Source: Candidatus Poribacteria bacterium
GTDB taxonomy: Bacteria; Poribacteria; WGA-4E; PCPOR2b
DNA length: 64,000 nucleotides
Reading direction: 5' to 3'
NCBI GenBank assembly: GCA_965198175.1
Contig: OZ240245.1
Location: 1,280,001-1,344,000 of the forward strand
Shown here: in pieces, positions 9,483 through 19,036 of the stretch
Position numbering within the stretch: position 1 is the stretch's first letter
Layout: each line of letters starts with the position of its first letter
Notes under the pieces: model-generated
The model's input: the letters and a program-made list of their open reading frames with translations, nothing else
Databases searched by the model: none
What the model was told of the DNA's origin: nothing
Made by a program: the position numbers and the translations under genes

Positions 9483-9858
9483 CCTCTTCTGGTAATTCAC
9501 TTGCTTCGATCAGACTCTTCAGTTTATCACGAAAACTCTCTAAGCTCTCAACGCTGCACTTGAGTAAGTCTTGATAATGTTGCAATTTTTTATCGGGCAT
9601 TTTGTACTCCCCTAATATATGTGCGTTTGATTTATTCCAATCTTTCGCTCGATAAAAGGGGTTGTATAACCCAAGCCTTTCTATTGTGTCCTTCGACCAC
9701 TCTTCCGCTTCCGTAATTAGCTCTATGCAGCCTTTATATTTGAACGGCTGAGTATCATTTGCGGGTATCTTGATGTAATAAAGGCGGAGCTGTTTCCCTT
9801 TGCTGATTTGCTGTTCTATCAACCGAAAAAATTCGCTGCGTTCCCTTTGTACTGACAT
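9472..9858 (-). CDS. Hypothetical protein (AT-rich)
   Basis: 128-aa ORF with AAGGAG RBS; no family recognised. Confidence 0.65.
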   Translation of the reverse strand: MSVQRERSEFFRLIEQQISKGKQLRLYYIKIPANDTQPFKYKGCIELITEAEEWSKDTIERLGLYNPFYRAKDWNKSNAHILGEYKMPDKKLQHYQDLLKCSVESLESFRDKLKSLIEASELPEEDVL

Positions 9859-10264
9859 AAAAAACTCTCCTTAATTACTATAAAATGACAGATTCTTGCT
9901 TTGACTGTACCCCCGATCAATCAACTCCGCATCGCGCGCCACTGTATTTAACGAAGGTCACGGTGCGAACACGCCGACTTGGACCAGGACCAATTTCGAG
10001 AGACCCAACAGCTTCAAACACTTACGGGTCATAATTGCATAGATGTATATTCTGGTGGTCCAGTCAGAAACTCCACGAAGTGGGTGCCAGCAAGGGGTAC
10101 GCTGACGTATATTTGCCCCTTCTGCACTCCTCACTCGGATGTTGTGAAATTCTTGTTGAGTTTGTAACCTGTCCAACCCTCAACTGGATGTCACAAAACC
10201 TCACATTTTTTTATTTTTTGTCTGAATAGGGATTTTTAGGATTTACCGGATTGATTCTATTCGT

Positions 10265-10702
10265 TTAACGCCTTGATACGCGGTTTCGTATCTCCTTTAG
10301 GAGTCCCTCGGCAGCGTCAATTTTTGTAATGGGCTGTAGCGTTTTTGGGGGTGTCCAACCAACAATCTCTCTCAAATCAGCTATACTAATCGGATTGTTG
10401 TCAATCGAAAGAAACCAGTCAACAGGGATTCGATTTTCTGTGTATTCCGTATACTGATATACCAACCGATCCCTACCTTGATAACTAGAACCAGCCCGAG
10501 ACTCAGAAACCTGACCCGCAGCTGCAACACCGCACTTACTGACATACATGAAAAAAATATCGCCCGGCTTGAGTGTTTCAAACGCCTGCGCGCCAGATTC
10601 TTCATTGTCTCCCGAAGTAAACGCGAGATCGTATTTGATCCACTTCGCATGAGGACTGTAACCAAGAGCATCAGTATCGGTATTGATGTAATAGTAGGTC
10701 AT
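10265..10702 (-). CDS. EVE/PUA-like domain protein (stand-alone)
   Basis: AAGGAG RBS before MTYYYINT. LKPGDIFFMYVSKCGVAAAGQV...RIPVDW resembles the EVE/PUA strand pattern. Confidence 0.6.
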   Translation of the reverse strand: MTYYYINTDTDALGYSPHAKWIKYDLAFTSGDNEESGAQAFETLKPGDIFFMYVSKCGVAAAGQVSESRAGSSYQGRDRLVYQYTEYTENRIPVDWFLSIDNNPISIADLREIVGWTPPKTLQPITKIDAAEGLLKEIRNRVSRR

Positions 10703-10972
10703 GTTTATCTCCTTTGTAGGGGGCACACACCAGCCGGTATTCGGTTTGGGTTAGGACGGTGTTTACTTGAAAGTTTCTGCGATTTAATGATTTCGCCCGA
10801 AAACTTGTGAATAGTATCTTAACATATTGCAAGGGAGGTATGCCCTGAAATTGCGAGTTATTTTGTCTTGGGGGGAATAAATTGGGAAGAGTTGCAAATT
10901 ATCGCTTGGAATCTGGTGTGGGAACAAATGCGGGTGAAGGCATTTGAATGTGGGGAGTTCTTGCAAAACTTT

Positions 10973-11235
10973 TGTAGGTTGGGTTGAGCGGATTACACGA
11001 ATGAGGTCTTTTTTAACAAATCGCTCGGCAGGTTAACCGCGTCCGAGATTTGATGGATGGAGTGTAACCCAACGTTTTTCGTATCCCCCAATCGCTTCCG
11101 GTCAACTAAACACTTCGCAATTAACAGAAAGCGTTGGGTTACGCTACATCAATCATAATTTCTAATGCAATCAAAGCACGAAGGGTATGCGAAATACCTA
11201 CATTTACTCGTCAACACCGCTTAACCCAACCTACA
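10973..11235. mobile_element. 263-bp non-autonomous palindromic element (MITE/REPIN-like)
   Basis: Termini TGTAGGTTGGGTTGAGCGG and CCGCTTAACCCAACCTACA (1 mismatch), internal inverted GTAACCCAACG/CGTTGGGTTAC, and a flanking AAAACTTT direct repeat at 10965-10972 and 11236-11243. Confidence 0.88.
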
Positions 11236-11276
11236 AAAACTTTGATGTCAGTGGGAGGATGCTTGAGTCAACGCAC

Positions 11277-12167
11277 TCACTTCCGCCGCGAAAGATATGA
11301 TGACAGTGCGTAATCGAAGGGGGTTGACGTGTCGATCTGTACGTAGTCAATTAAGCTTGCCCCGCATCCCCGCCGATAACCTTGAATGAACGCATTGAGT
11401 TGTTCGAGATAACCCGCTTTCAGCGCTTCAGACTGGGTTGGCAGCGTTTTGCCGGTCTCTATATCCTGGAAGACAGTGGGACCTTCGAATGGAAATGTCA
11501 TCTCGGCACTATCGAGCAGATGAAAAACAATAACCTCGTGTTTGCGATGGCGGAAGTGTTTGAGTGCGGAGAGTACCTCTGACTGTTGGTCTAGGAGATC
11601 GGAGATGACAATCACCAAACCGCGGCGAACAATCCGCTTGGCGAGTTCATGAAGGATTGCGCTGATGTTCGTTTCATTTCCCGGCTTAGCCTTTTCGAGC
11701 ACCGACATTATCGCGTGCAGGTGGGGCGCTGCGCCACGGGGTGGAATGTATTCCCGGATATGGTTGTCGAAAACCGCCAAGCCAACGGAATCACGTTGCT
11801 TGAGCATTAGATAGGAAATTGATGCAGCGAGGTAGCAACCGTACTCAAACTTGGAGAGAGTTTTTTCATCGTATTTATAGCTCATCGAGCCGCTCGCATC
11901 GAGCAAGACATAAGTACGGAGGTTTGTTTCCTCTTCAAATTTTTTGACATAGTAGCGATCGGATTTGCCGTAAACTTTCCAGTCGATATATCGGATTTCG
12001 TCGCCGGGCATGTATTGACGGTGTTCGGCAAACTCGACGCTGAAGCCTTGATAGGGGCTTTTGTGCAAACCTGTTATGAATCCTTCTACAACGAGACGTG
12101 CAACTAACTCCATATCGCCTAATCGAGAAAGCGCAACCGGATCTAAGTATCTATGGGATGTTCTCAT
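11277..12167 (-). CDS. DUF58 domain protein (MoxR-associated, vWA-like)
   Basis: GLHKSPYQGFSVEFAEHRQYMPGDEIRYIDWK, LLDASGSM, VISDL. Confidence 0.93.
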   Translation of the reverse strand: MRTSHRYLDPVALSRLGDMELVARLVVEGFITGLHKSPYQGFSVEFAEHRQYMPGDEIRYIDWKVYGKSDRYYVKKFEEETNLRTYVLLDASGSMSYKYDEKTLSKFEYGCYLAASISYLMLKQRDSVGLAVFDNHIREYIPPRGAAPHLHAIMSVLEKAKPGNETNISAILHELAKRIVRRGLVIVISDLLDQQSEVLSALKHFRHRKHEVIVFHLLDSAEMTFPFEGPTVFQDIETGKTLPTQSEALKAGYLEQLNAFIQGYRRGCGASLIDYVQIDTSTPFDYALSSYLSRRK

Positions 12168-12206
12168 TGAATCACCGTGAAACTTGAAAAGAAATAAGCA
12201 TGCAAC

Positions 12207-13061
12207 CTACTGCTCTGTCGATTGATTATTGGCGATTTCCTCACACTGCTGATTCAACCGTTCAATATACCGCCTCGTCGTTGAGAAGACCATGTCCAAC
12301 GTGGCAATATCCCGCACTTCGAGGCGGGTTCTTGAAAATACGCGCCTCAACGAGCGGAGAAACGTCTCCCAGTCACGATTGTAAGGCGAAACGCCAATTT
12401 GCTTGAGTAAATCAATTACCCGATTGTAAAACGCTTCAATGTCACCTATCTCAGCATAATTCAGTTCGGCAGGTGGAATATCTCCCGCACTAGCGAGAAA
12501 GATTTCGTAGGCGAGGATCTGAACGGCTTGCGCCAAGTTCAAGGATGGGTTTTTGGTTGCCATCGGGATGCTCGCAGTCAACTGGCAACGGCTAATATGA
12601 TGGGTCGATAAGCCAAAATCCTCGCGCCCGAAAAGCAGAGCGACCGGTTGGTTTTGTGAAATAGCGGCAATCTCCGCGGCTGCTTCCCTCGCAGGGGTGG
12701 CAGGAGGTAACTTGGGCTCGCGTAGCCGATGGGTTGCGCCAACGACAAAGTGAATTTCTTCGAGCGCTTCCTCCAGCGTTTCCACGACGCAGCAGTTTTC
12801 GACAATCTCCGCTGCTCCGTGCGCCATGTACCATGTTGCATTAACGTCCCAAAATGGGACGGGGTTAACCAGATAAAACTGCGACAGTCCCATCCCTTTT
12901 ATCGCCCGAGCGACGGATCCAATATTGCCCGGTTCCCTCGGCTCAAACAGTATGATTCGGATGTTATTCAGATTCCTCGGTACGTCGACGTCTATCGCTC
13001 GGTAACGCGCGGTAGACTCGGTTGTCTGTGGTTCTTCGGCTATATTGGGACTTGTTGTCAT
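12207..13061 (-). CDS. trmJ: SPOUT RNA methyltransferase, TrmJ/LasT family
   Basis: PGNIGSVARAIKGMG, ALLFGREDFGLS, PSLNLAQAV. Start position uncertain. Confidence 0.85.
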   Translation of the reverse strand: MTTSPNIAEEPQTTESTARYRAIDVDVPRNLNNIRIILFEPREPGNIGSVARAIKGMGLSQFYLVNPVPFWDVNATWYMAHGAAEIVENCCVVETLEEALEEIHFVVGATHRLREPKLPPATPAREAAAEIAAISQNQPVALLFGREDFGLSTHHISRCQLTASIPMATKNPSLNLAQAVQILAYEIFLASAGDIPPAELNYAEIGDIEAFYNRVIDLLKQIGVSPYNRDWETFLRSLRRVFSRTRLEVRDIATLDMVFSTTRRYIERLNQQCEEIANNQSTEQ

Positions 13062-13178
13062 CGGGCAATCTTTTTGTGAAATCAGCAAGGACGTGAATGG
13101 GACGCCTGCTGTTTCGCAGTTATGGTAAGCTAATTAAGAATTAAAATACAGAGTGGTTTTTTCTTGACTGAGGTGTTT

Positions 13179-15830
13179 CTACTTCTTCGATTGTTTATTG
13201 CTGTTTCTCTCGTTGTCTTGTGATGTCTGTTTTCCCCATGACGCATAATAGATTGCATTAAACAACAGCTTAAACGTGCCATGGGACTGTGCGCGGTGCT
13301 GAGGCTTGAAGCCGAATAAGATGATGTTCCCCTTTCCAAGATTGACATCCAAGAGCGCACCTTTTTGACGGATACGCTTATCTCCCTGAATCCAGCCGCT
13401 CATGAGCGGGTTAAAGTCAGGATAGGATGCGACCGGCTTCCCGCCCCTTGCCTCAAGGGCGGGTCCGGACTTAAAAAATACCGCCATTTCGCGATCGAGT
13501 CCATACCCAATCGGATGCGTTGTCTCGACAAAAACGCGGAGCAACGATCCAGGGCAGAAGAACGGTTCCGGCTTGGTTCCCTTTTGGTTGGATTCGCTGA
13601 GTGCCTCAAGAACGTTGGTAACTTCCAAGCCGAAATAACTCCCTGGGAGCTGCGACGCCCGGTTCAAACAGATGAGGGTTCCACCGTTTTCAACGAACGT
13701 GCGAAGATTCGCCGCGCCCTCCAACCCGATTCCACCGATGTACTCCGGCGGCAGAACACCTTCAGCGTGTCCGTTTATCATTTTTGATGCACTCATATCG
13801 GGCAGAATAATCGCATCGTATCGCTCGGCTAAATTGCCTGCACGAATCTCAGCATCAGTTAGGCTCCGATAGGGGAATTCGTGTTGTTCTAACACCCACC
13901 GAGTCCAACCTTCATCCATGTTCGCGACCCATGGTTTGTAGAGACCCAGACGCGGCTGCTTTAATCTCACATCTCGATCCTTGTTTGGCAGATTAGCCAG
14001 CTCGTGGATTTCAATGCCTAGGGATTCGGCAAGTTCTTGGAGATGGGCTGACACATGCAGTGGAATCTGTGTGGTTGTGATAAAAATGGATCCGCGTGGA
14101 AATTTCTGACCGCTTATAGTATGTTCTTTGGACGACCAGTGGACTGTGAATCCTTCTGCTCCCAGCAGTCGATTGAGCGCGATGGTCTCTGCATTTGTTT
14201 GGTTTTTGAAAAGATACGCAACAGGTTCAGAAACAGTATGCAATCTGCCCTGCACGTTCGGAATTTCCTCCACACGCATGAGATTAGCATCGAAGTCGTC
14301 AACTACCGTGACGACTTTAACGCCCATCTGTAACGGGAGTGTCCAGCCAGCGATGTCATACGGACGTTCGGGCGGCGCTTTGGGTCCCGCGCGGCGTTCG
14401 GGATAGTTCTGCACTTCAAGCAAATCCTTGACGTGTCCGCGAAATGGCTGCGCCATCGAAATTACATAGGTGCCTGCGGGATATTCGACGCCATCGGCAG
14501 TAAAACTTGCATTTGCCCGATGAATCTCTACACCACCGCGCTGCAAGATTCTTAGCATCTTAAGGGCGCTATTGAGGTCGCGTTGGTTCATCGGTACAAG
14601 AAATGCTCGTGGAGGTTCATCGTTCCCCTTTTCCACCGCAACACGTCCCATTTTGAAGAAATTTGAGAGAAACATCTCCTTATGTTTGGCAACGCACGAG
14701 AGGATTGAATACGACGCAGATATTTCGTAGTCGATGATGTTACGTAACCGCCACCAGCCGCCGGGCCACGGCTCAGGGAAGTTGGTCTGCGACGCATACC
14801 TTCCGAGACCACGTCGATGCCCCTTCAAGGTGCTGCGAGGTTGAAAGATTGGCGAAGCAATGTTGACCCCTGCAGCTTCAGTCAGAATACCCACCATGTT
14901 GTGCCGATAGGGTACGGTGCGGAAACCTCCGTGCCACCACGTGTCGTATACTGCGTTAGAGAGGACACCGGTGTATCCCTGTGAGGTGAGATCTAGCGCG
15001 ATTTGTGCGCCGATCAGGGAAAGTTCACGCTGTAGAATCGGATGGATGTTGGGATTGACCGGATCAAAATAAGGTGGAATCACAAACCGCGCTCCTCTAT
15101 TACCCATCTGGTGAACATCGTAGACCACTTCAGGAAACCACTCCTCATAGAGGATCCGGGTTACAATCTGTGTCTCAATCTGCGTCAGCATGAACCAGTC
15201 ACGGTTGTTATCGTGTCCGGTGTATTTGTGATAGAGCCACGGCATTGGCGAGCCCTCATACGGCGTTCCAACCCAGCGATCGTACCAATCGATGACCATG
15301 TTTAGCCCGTCAGGATTCGTGGAAGGAATAAGTAGGATAATCACGTTCTCCAGAATGTCCCCGACCTGCGGCGTATTTTCCGTTGCCAGTCGATAGGCAA
15401 GTTCCATCGACATTTGTGATGATGCAATCTCTGTTGAATGTAGATTGCAGTTGATTAGAACGACTGCTTTCCCTTCACGGCAAAGCCCCTCCAGTTCAAC
15501 TGCATCCTGTCCGCGAGGATCGGCGAGCTTTTGCTGAATCGCCTTGTAACGTTCCCGGTTCGCCAAATTTTCGGGCGAAGATATTAACACGAGCACAAAG
15601 TCGTGTCCTTCTGTAGTTTTGCCTCGATTTTCCAGCATCACCCGATCAGAATGTTCAGCCAATTGTCTTAGATAGTCCGTGATTGTTTCCCAACGTGCCA
15701 ATTTGTAGTCGGCGCCGACGGGAAAGCCTAGCACATCTTCTGGGCTGTTAATCTGTGCCTCTGCGGAAGCAAGTGCGAAAAATAGACTGATGACTCCAAT
15801 GAAAAGCTGGGAAAAAGCCTGACGTAACAT
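13179..15830 (-). CDS. Secreted M14 zinc carboxypeptidase with C-terminal GATase-like domain
   Basis: HSTE zinc motif, NPDG, HDNNRD and DVHQMG. Signal peptide follows MLRQAFSQ (15830). Confidence 0.9.
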   Translation of the reverse strand: MLRQAFSQLFIGVISLFFALASAEAQINSPEDVLGFPVGADYKLARWETITDYLRQLAEHSDRVMLENRGKTTEGHDFVLVLISSPENLANRERYKAIQQKLADPRGQDAVELEGLCREGKAVVLINCNLHSTEIASSQMSMELAYRLATENTPQVGDILENVIILLIPSTNPDGLNMVIDWYDRWVGTPYEGSPMPWLYHKYTGHDNNRDWFMLTQIETQIVTRILYEEWFPEVVYDVHQMGNRGARFVIPPYFDPVNPNIHPILQRELSLIGAQIALDLTSQGYTGVLSNAVYDTWWHGGFRTVPYRHNMVGILTEAAGVNIASPIFQPRSTLKGHRRGLGRYASQTNFPEPWPGGWWRLRNIIDYEISASYSILSCVAKHKEMFLSNFFKMGRVAVEKGNDEPPRAFLVPMNQRDLNSALKMLRILQRGGVEIHRANASFTADGVEYPAGTYVISMAQPFRGHVKDLLEVQNYPERRAGPKAPPERPYDIAGWTLPLQMGVKVVTVVDDFDANLMRVEEIPNVQGRLHTVSEPVAYLFKNQTNAETIALNRLLGAEGFTVHWSSKEHTISGQKFPRGSIFITTTQIPLHVSAHLQELAESLGIEIHELANLPNKDRDVRLKQPRLGLYKPWVANMDEGWTRWVLEQHEFPYRSLTDAEIRAGNLAERYDAIILPDMSASKMINGHAEGVLPPEYIGGIGLEGAANLRTFVENGGTLICLNRASQLPGSYFGLEVTNVLEALSESNQKGTKPEPFFCPGSLLRVFVETTHPIGYGLDREMAVFFKSGPALEARGGKPVASYPDFNPLMSGWIQGDKRIRQKGALLDVNLGKGNIILFGFKPQHRAQSHGTFKLLFNAIYYASWGKQTSQDNERNSNKQSKK

Positions 15831-15978
15831 TATGCGCCGTCTGAGATATGTCTTGCTGAACAATTGGATATAAACAACCTGCATTTTACTCATAATAATC
15901 GAAATTACCCAGATTATGCGAGATGACGAACTTGAGCTAGCCGCTAGTGGATAACTCTTTGAGGCGTTGTCTTCATTT

Positions 15979-18372
15979 CTAGGCGCCACGTCTCCCTTCG
16001 TTCTTCGGATTCCAGAAAGCAGAAATCAACGCCGTAATCGGAATCGTTAGCACGAGACCGAGTGTGCCGGCCAGCAGGCGCACAACCTCTGCAGACGCGG
16101 TTCCAATACTCAAAAGCTCGACGGTGGGGGATCGGAAGAGATCTAAGTTTGGTGCCGTTGATGCCAAGACAAACAGTAGCTCCACACCGAGATAAGCGAA
16201 CACCAACGTATTCACCATTGTGCCAAGAATATCGGTGCCGACATTCATTCCAGATGCGATCAATCGCCATGTCGGCATGTTCGGGTTTGCCCGGCGAATC
16301 TCTTCCATTGACGACGAAACCTCAATCGCGCCATCTACCGCTACGCCTAGCACGCCCATCAACATCCCTGCGAGTAGCACTTGACGAAAATCAAAAGGCG
16401 GTTTACGTATGGCTTCGATGATGTCCGCTGAGACTGCGTTCTCCAACCCGGAGAAGTGGAGGTAGTTCTGCGAGTACATCACGATTAACCCGGCGGCGAG
16501 AATGCCTCCCATTGTCCCGAACACGGCCGAGAAGGTTTTGCGACTCGGTCCAATCACAAACACCAGGGACACAAATGCGATTAGACCGGAGGTCAGAGTG
16601 ACGATAATCACAGCGTTTTTCCCTTGTGAAATCAGAGGGAGCATGAAGAAATAGAGAATGAGCCCTGAAATTCCCATGGCGCAGGCAGTGCGTATCCCTT
16701 CGTTTCGCCCCACAACGATGATTGCAATCAGCATTAATCCAAGCATCCACAGCAGGAATCGATCCCGTCCATATTCCTGTACGATATTGACGAGGCTGAG
16801 TTGGTCCGGTGAACCACCTACACGACAGAGGATAGTGTCTCCCGGTTCAGCAGGAATGCTCAGTAATGGCATGCTGTGGTTGATGATGTTTCGCAGAACG
16901 ATCCGTTCCCCCTTGTAGAGCCCTGAGAGCATTTCAACTTCAAGGATTTGATGCTCCGTAATCTCATTCATCGGGTTGGATTCGAGGAGGCGAATGACTT
17001 TCCCTTTCGCATACTCGGATCGGAAAGTCAGCTCACCATTCTCATTGCGCTGTTCAATGATTGTTGCTGAAGTATTGTTAACGCGATTGTGAAAGTATTG
17101 TATGCCGACGATCGCAACTATCAATGCAATGGGTACCGCCAAACGCGCTTTACCGCCCGGATCACTGCGGAAGCGTTCTTCGATTTCTTCTGCTGACGGG
17201 AGGTTCTCATGGATATCTGACGGTTTGACCTTCGTATACCGAGTCAAGATGCCAGCGATTATCGCAGCAATGGGAACTGTCAGGACTAAACCAATCGTTC
17301 CGACAATGGCTCGTGCAATAGCGACCGCGGTTGCCTCATCATTCATCAGGCGGATGAACGGATAAAGCGCTCCAACTTCAGGGAAATCAATCCGTGGGAG
17401 CAACATTGTAATCATGTGTGCACCGAGGTAGGCGAAGATGAGTGTGTCTGCCATCGTCCCCATGATGTCTCGACCGACATTAAGCCCAACGCGGATTGCT
17501 TGACGCACGGTAACATTTGGGTTGACCTGCTTGACCTCGTAAACAGATGAAGAGATGGACATGCCCACGTCCATCATGGCGCCAACCGCCCCCAGAATCA
17601 TCCCTGATACGAGTATACCCTCGAAATTCCAATTGTGGGAAGCGGGCGTTCGCCAGAGCGCGAGACCGAGTTCGAGAAAGCCAAATTCTTGAGCTAATCC
17701 GGTCAGAATCATCGCCTTCAGGCTAATGACGGAAAGAATTCCAACGGCTACCAAACCGCCAAGCGTTCCCAACACGCCGGAGATGACCTTGAAGCTAAAC
17801 CCGGTAATCAGTACAAAAGTCGCGAGAGTTAGAAAAGCTGAAACGAATAAGGTGACGATTATAGGATTATAACCTTTAATCATCAGGGGAACTAAGACGT
17901 AGAGAACAACAAATGCCGTAACAAAGAGTGTCAGGATTGCCCGTAACCCCTTCATGCCAGCGACCAAAATCATCAAGCAGCCTAATAAGCCTGCAAGGTA
18001 AATCAAAAAAGGGGTTCGGAAATATTCAAGCATCCGCACATCTTCGATTGCCGTTTGATTTTGGTATCTGAGGGGAATTTCAAGGAAGAGCACATCCCCC
18101 TTCCGGAGTACCCGATCTCCGAACGCCCGTCCCGTCCAGATATTCTTGACTTGAACGCTTTTTCCCCGAAATTCCCCTGAAATAAGCTGAAAGGTCAAAA
18201 TCTGGTCGGCTTCTTCACTCGTATCCACTATTGTCACTCGACCTAGGCAAACGAGGGTTTTCAATGCTCCTTGATAGACAACCTCAGAAAACCGAAACAG
18301 TTTAACATGTAGGAACAGAATAATCACGAGGATCGTCAGAACACCAAGAACCTTTAATTTCCATTCCGTCAT
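15979..18372 (-). CDS. YibE/F family membrane protein with two tandem YibE/F units
   Basis: GAVGAMMDVGMSISS..GLNVGRDIMGTMADTLIFAY and GVLGVAVDGAIEVSS..GMNVGTDILGTMVNTLVFAY, each followed by IGLVLTxP-like text. Confidence 0.88.
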   Translation of the reverse strand: MTEWKLKVLGVLTILVIILFLHVKLFRFSEVVYQGALKTLVCLGRVTIVDTSEEADQILTFQLISGEFRGKSVQVKNIWTGRAFGDRVLRKGDVLFLEIPLRYQNQTAIEDVRMLEYFRTPFLIYLAGLLGCLMILVAGMKGLRAILTLFVTAFVVLYVLVPLMIKGYNPIIVTLFVSAFLTLATFVLITGFSFKVISGVLGTLGGLVAVGILSVISLKAMILTGLAQEFGFLELGLALWRTPASHNWNFEGILVSGMILGAVGAMMDVGMSISSSVYEVKQVNPNVTVRQAIRVGLNVGRDIMGTMADTLIFAYLGAHMITMLLPRIDFPEVGALYPFIRLMNDEATAVAIARAIVGTIGLVLTVPIAAIIAGILTRYTKVKPSDIHENLPSAEEIEERFRSDPGGKARLAVPIALIVAIVGIQYFHNRVNNTSATIIEQRNENGELTFRSEYAKGKVIRLLESNPMNEITEHQILEVEMLSGLYKGERIVLRNIINHSMPLLSIPAEPGDTILCRVGGSPDQLSLVNIVQEYGRDRFLLWMLGLMLIAIIVVGRNEGIRTACAMGISGLILYFFMLPLISQGKNAVIIVTLTSGLIAFVSLVFVIGPSRKTFSAVFGTMGGILAAGLIVMYSQNYLHFSGLENAVSADIIEAIRKPPFDFRQVLLAGMLMGVLGVAVDGAIEVSSSMEEIRRANPNMPTWRLIASGMNVGTDILGTMVNTLVFAYLGVELLFVLASTAPNLDLFRSPTVELLSIGTASAEVVRLLAGTLGLVLTIPITALISAFWNPKNEGRRGA

Positions 18373-19036
18373 CCAGATTTTCCTCCTTTCTAAGGTGAAT
18401 CAAATGGGAGGCGGAAGCGTAGGGGGATTGCGTAAAATGTAACAAGGATTCAGAAGCACATCCTTATCTGTCGTTGGGTTTTTGCTTCCAATGTCCCGTG
18501 TATTACAAGAATAACACATAATTCGAGACTGTGCAATATATTAGCAGATTGCACAGAATCGTGCACTTTTGACAGTATGTCAGACGACAGCCGCTGGAAG
18601 AACGCGTTCTCAATTTACCCTAATGAATGCAAGGTGATGACCTCCAACAGGTGTTTTGAACAATTGGTGTACGTGGGTGCCCCGTCCGACCTAACGAGTG
18701 GCAATTTTCCTTCCACCCACGACCAATGCATTCTACTCAGGTAGAAAATTTAATGGGCGAAGTTTTCCTTTTGGTTGTTTTGGCTGCTGATAATATGGGT
18801 GGAGTCGGATTTGATACTCAGATACAGTCATTCCAGTGTAAGCGGCAAAGTTGGGGAATACCTCATATTCACGTAATGATGTATCTAGGGATTGCAGCGA
18901 AGGGCTAGACTGTCTATGGTTGCTTCCAAGGAAAAATCGAAACTGCTACCAAGTTGATGCTGAAAAAGAAATTGGGGAGATTGATGAGAGGCAGGATATG
19001 CTGACTTTCTGATTTAGCTCGATTTCTAAAATAATT

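Noticed and set aside
15831..15989. Long N-terminal extensions given by the ORF track (M14 peptidase; also argJ, murG, ftsQ, ftsA, rpe-like)
   Set aside because: They overlap neighbouring genes or promoters, and downstream ATGs have better RBS, signal peptide or family starts.
18726..18908. 60-aa ORF or ftsZ remnant downstream of ftsA
   Set aside because: Wrong strand for ftsZ, no tubulin signature and no RBS.
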